The position numbers were made by a program, and so were the translations under genes. The notes below the pieces were generated by a model. That model saw only the letters and a list, made by a program, of their open reading frames with translations, ran no database searches and had not been told where the DNA came from. From an uncultured Myxococcota bacterium (GTDB taxonomy: Bacteria; Myxococcota_A; UBA796), in assembly GCA_965661045.1 (NCBI GenBank), contig CBFICN010000004.1, positions 1 through 55,975 of the forward strand: a DNA stretch of 55,975 nt, read 5' to 3'. This document shows positions 55,601-55,975 of the stretch, in pieces (the first letter of the stretch is position 1; each line of letters starts with the position of its first letter).

Positions 55601-55973
55601 GGATGTCGACAGCGGCCAACGAATTTTGACGATGGCCATCCCAATCGACGACGATGCCACTCACTGGGTATTCAACGTTGGGTTTGAACTCTTCGGGGTC
55701 AATGCCGATTTGCAATCCCAAGTAGGTTTCCGTTGGGTGTACCTTCATGCGACTGGACCGCTTTGTGCTACGTCCAGAACCACTTTCGAGAACATCGATG
55801 GAGGCGACAACAGTTGCCATCCCTGGAAGACCAGACAATCGTTCAGGGTTGGGACATTCAAAGGTTCCTGTTCCGGCTTCGTCTAGTGTACCAGTGACGG
55901 TGCCCAGGTAAAAGTTTTCGAAGGCCGTTGGAGAACCATAGGTGTAATTGCGGTTGGCTTTTGGACTGAAAGG
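52605..55973 (-). CDS. Bacterial alpha-2-macroglobulin (YfhM-like), 5' end beyond the window
   Basis: Thioester YPYGCVEQT, AVVDEGLL.LTNF, ATLPRFL..GD, LVDRIPAGWEI.NP, EAMY; frame stays open to the window edge. Confidence 0.94.
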   Translation of the reverse strand, partial: PFSPKANRNYTYGSPTAFENFYLGTVTGTLDEAGTGTFECPNPERLSGLPGMATVVASIDVLESGSGRSTKRSSRMKVHPTETYLGLQIGIDPEEFKPNVEYPVSGIVVDWDGHRQNSLAAVDIQFSEVDYSSNWSFNEESHRYEVSYKRFEKPLHTQTVPVNKGLFQFSVKGDRRVKEYRIRAQSGTNITFLDLERAYGYWYSRTRVQTPDPFRPDSLDIHVPESMNLKETVTATTVVPYPGKLLWTIENDGIIRQEWMDIEEAGEVQWQFSLAGQAFQNTVYATALLVKDAHSDSELAYMPSRAFGTQPIKVRSKNFNHTLSIDAPTEVQANSTMTVNLDLGGTVEDDTVAMVAVVDEGLLSLTNFATPDPSDALFPKMPLDVETAETVGWGISSPSMDSAPAGGGAGEGNARRKAKVVKPVALWSGLVDVNSDGTASAEFDIPQYSGSVRVMAWSASPTRFASADDNVLVRDPLTMQATLPRFLTEGDVFDVPVFLTNLSGKEQTVTVSLDAESSIPLGRTEAIQTKTIQFLNKDKRTVTIAADEQTVLVFKAKALAESGFATFNVIAENADGSLQSKEQLEVPFGSRKPTERSFTSIHLKDVLGGNLNGTADISAYVQGWTVEDTNIWATNNPYSESLVRVRDLIRYPYGCVEQTSSSLRPLLSAADILEIVDPATLTQKPVEKMVLAGIERLASMQTSDGGIGYWPGNQQSHPWGTAYATHVLLDAKAAGHPVMDSLLNGSLDYLERMSNGSMDYSYYSDYMPTAKPYAHYLLARSERGKPVAIRTLLERSDFDSYESEFMLKTALYLSGDRTYEEELKQLTNLDEISTGYNPWSFRSKLRSKALILSLHQELFGSQTKAGNALAMNIHQEILTYKTRYPSTQVLGWSTFALAQRVLLDSDWTAPTLLKNKQALTASSNKDGNRSWTVWDTERKGDTLTVKGSGSDGFLLLSTQGVRSNGDYQYGDNGLEVSRTYRNMDGTTFNPETQNLGDEVVVVLTVTNKSSEDLNELALVDRIPAGWEIQNPNLQANGINPEQFTTVSTWSTDYLSVQDSELRVFGDLHRGGTKSIVYVARATTSGTFTIPPVSIEAMYDDTIWSRHKGTMVRISGDWKGEQL

Positions 55974-55975
55974 TG

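Overview
Gene-dense bacterial chromosomal segment, roughly 48% GC by eye, with about 43 supportable CDSs and no rRNA, tRNA, CRISPR, transposase or integrase. Gene content suggests a Myxococcota-like organism (inference): DWG-type Ser/Thr kinases, TonB-ExbB-ExbD-ExbD, ispA-tlyA without dxs, a caspase/FGE fusion and a secreted ceramidase. Order: S24/LexA-like ORF, btpA, pilin-like gene, stand-alone rpsD, tamA-tamB, kinase; a minus-strand operon xseB-like/tonB/exbB/exbD/exbD/ispA/tlyA/lipoprotein/metallophosphoesterase; XPB helicase with a Helicase_C_3/WYL partner; pruA; a GT-C/GT-C/DUF5989/ceramidase/dNK cluster; peroxiredoxin; hemE/ferrochelatase-like/hemG/prmC; EEP protein; dnaX/DEDDh exonuclease; HTTM pair; mscS; tail-less ssb; caspase-FGE fusion; dCache receptor kinase; xth; Sel1 protein; tail-tube fusion; pbpC; alpha-2-macroglobulin (truncated at the window end). 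The most striking item is an orphan contractile-tail tube domain (T4 gp19/Afp1-like) fused behind about 270 aa of GEGRDG and HDSWVxxF repeats, with no sheath or baseplate genes nearby. Others are three apparent pseudoenzymes (ferrochelatase, caspase, S24 protease), a tandem-XseB fusion, an amino-acid-sensor kinase, a candidate dnaX slippage site and a sigma54-type promoter on the tail-less SSB. All family calls come from motif recognition by eye, not database searches.
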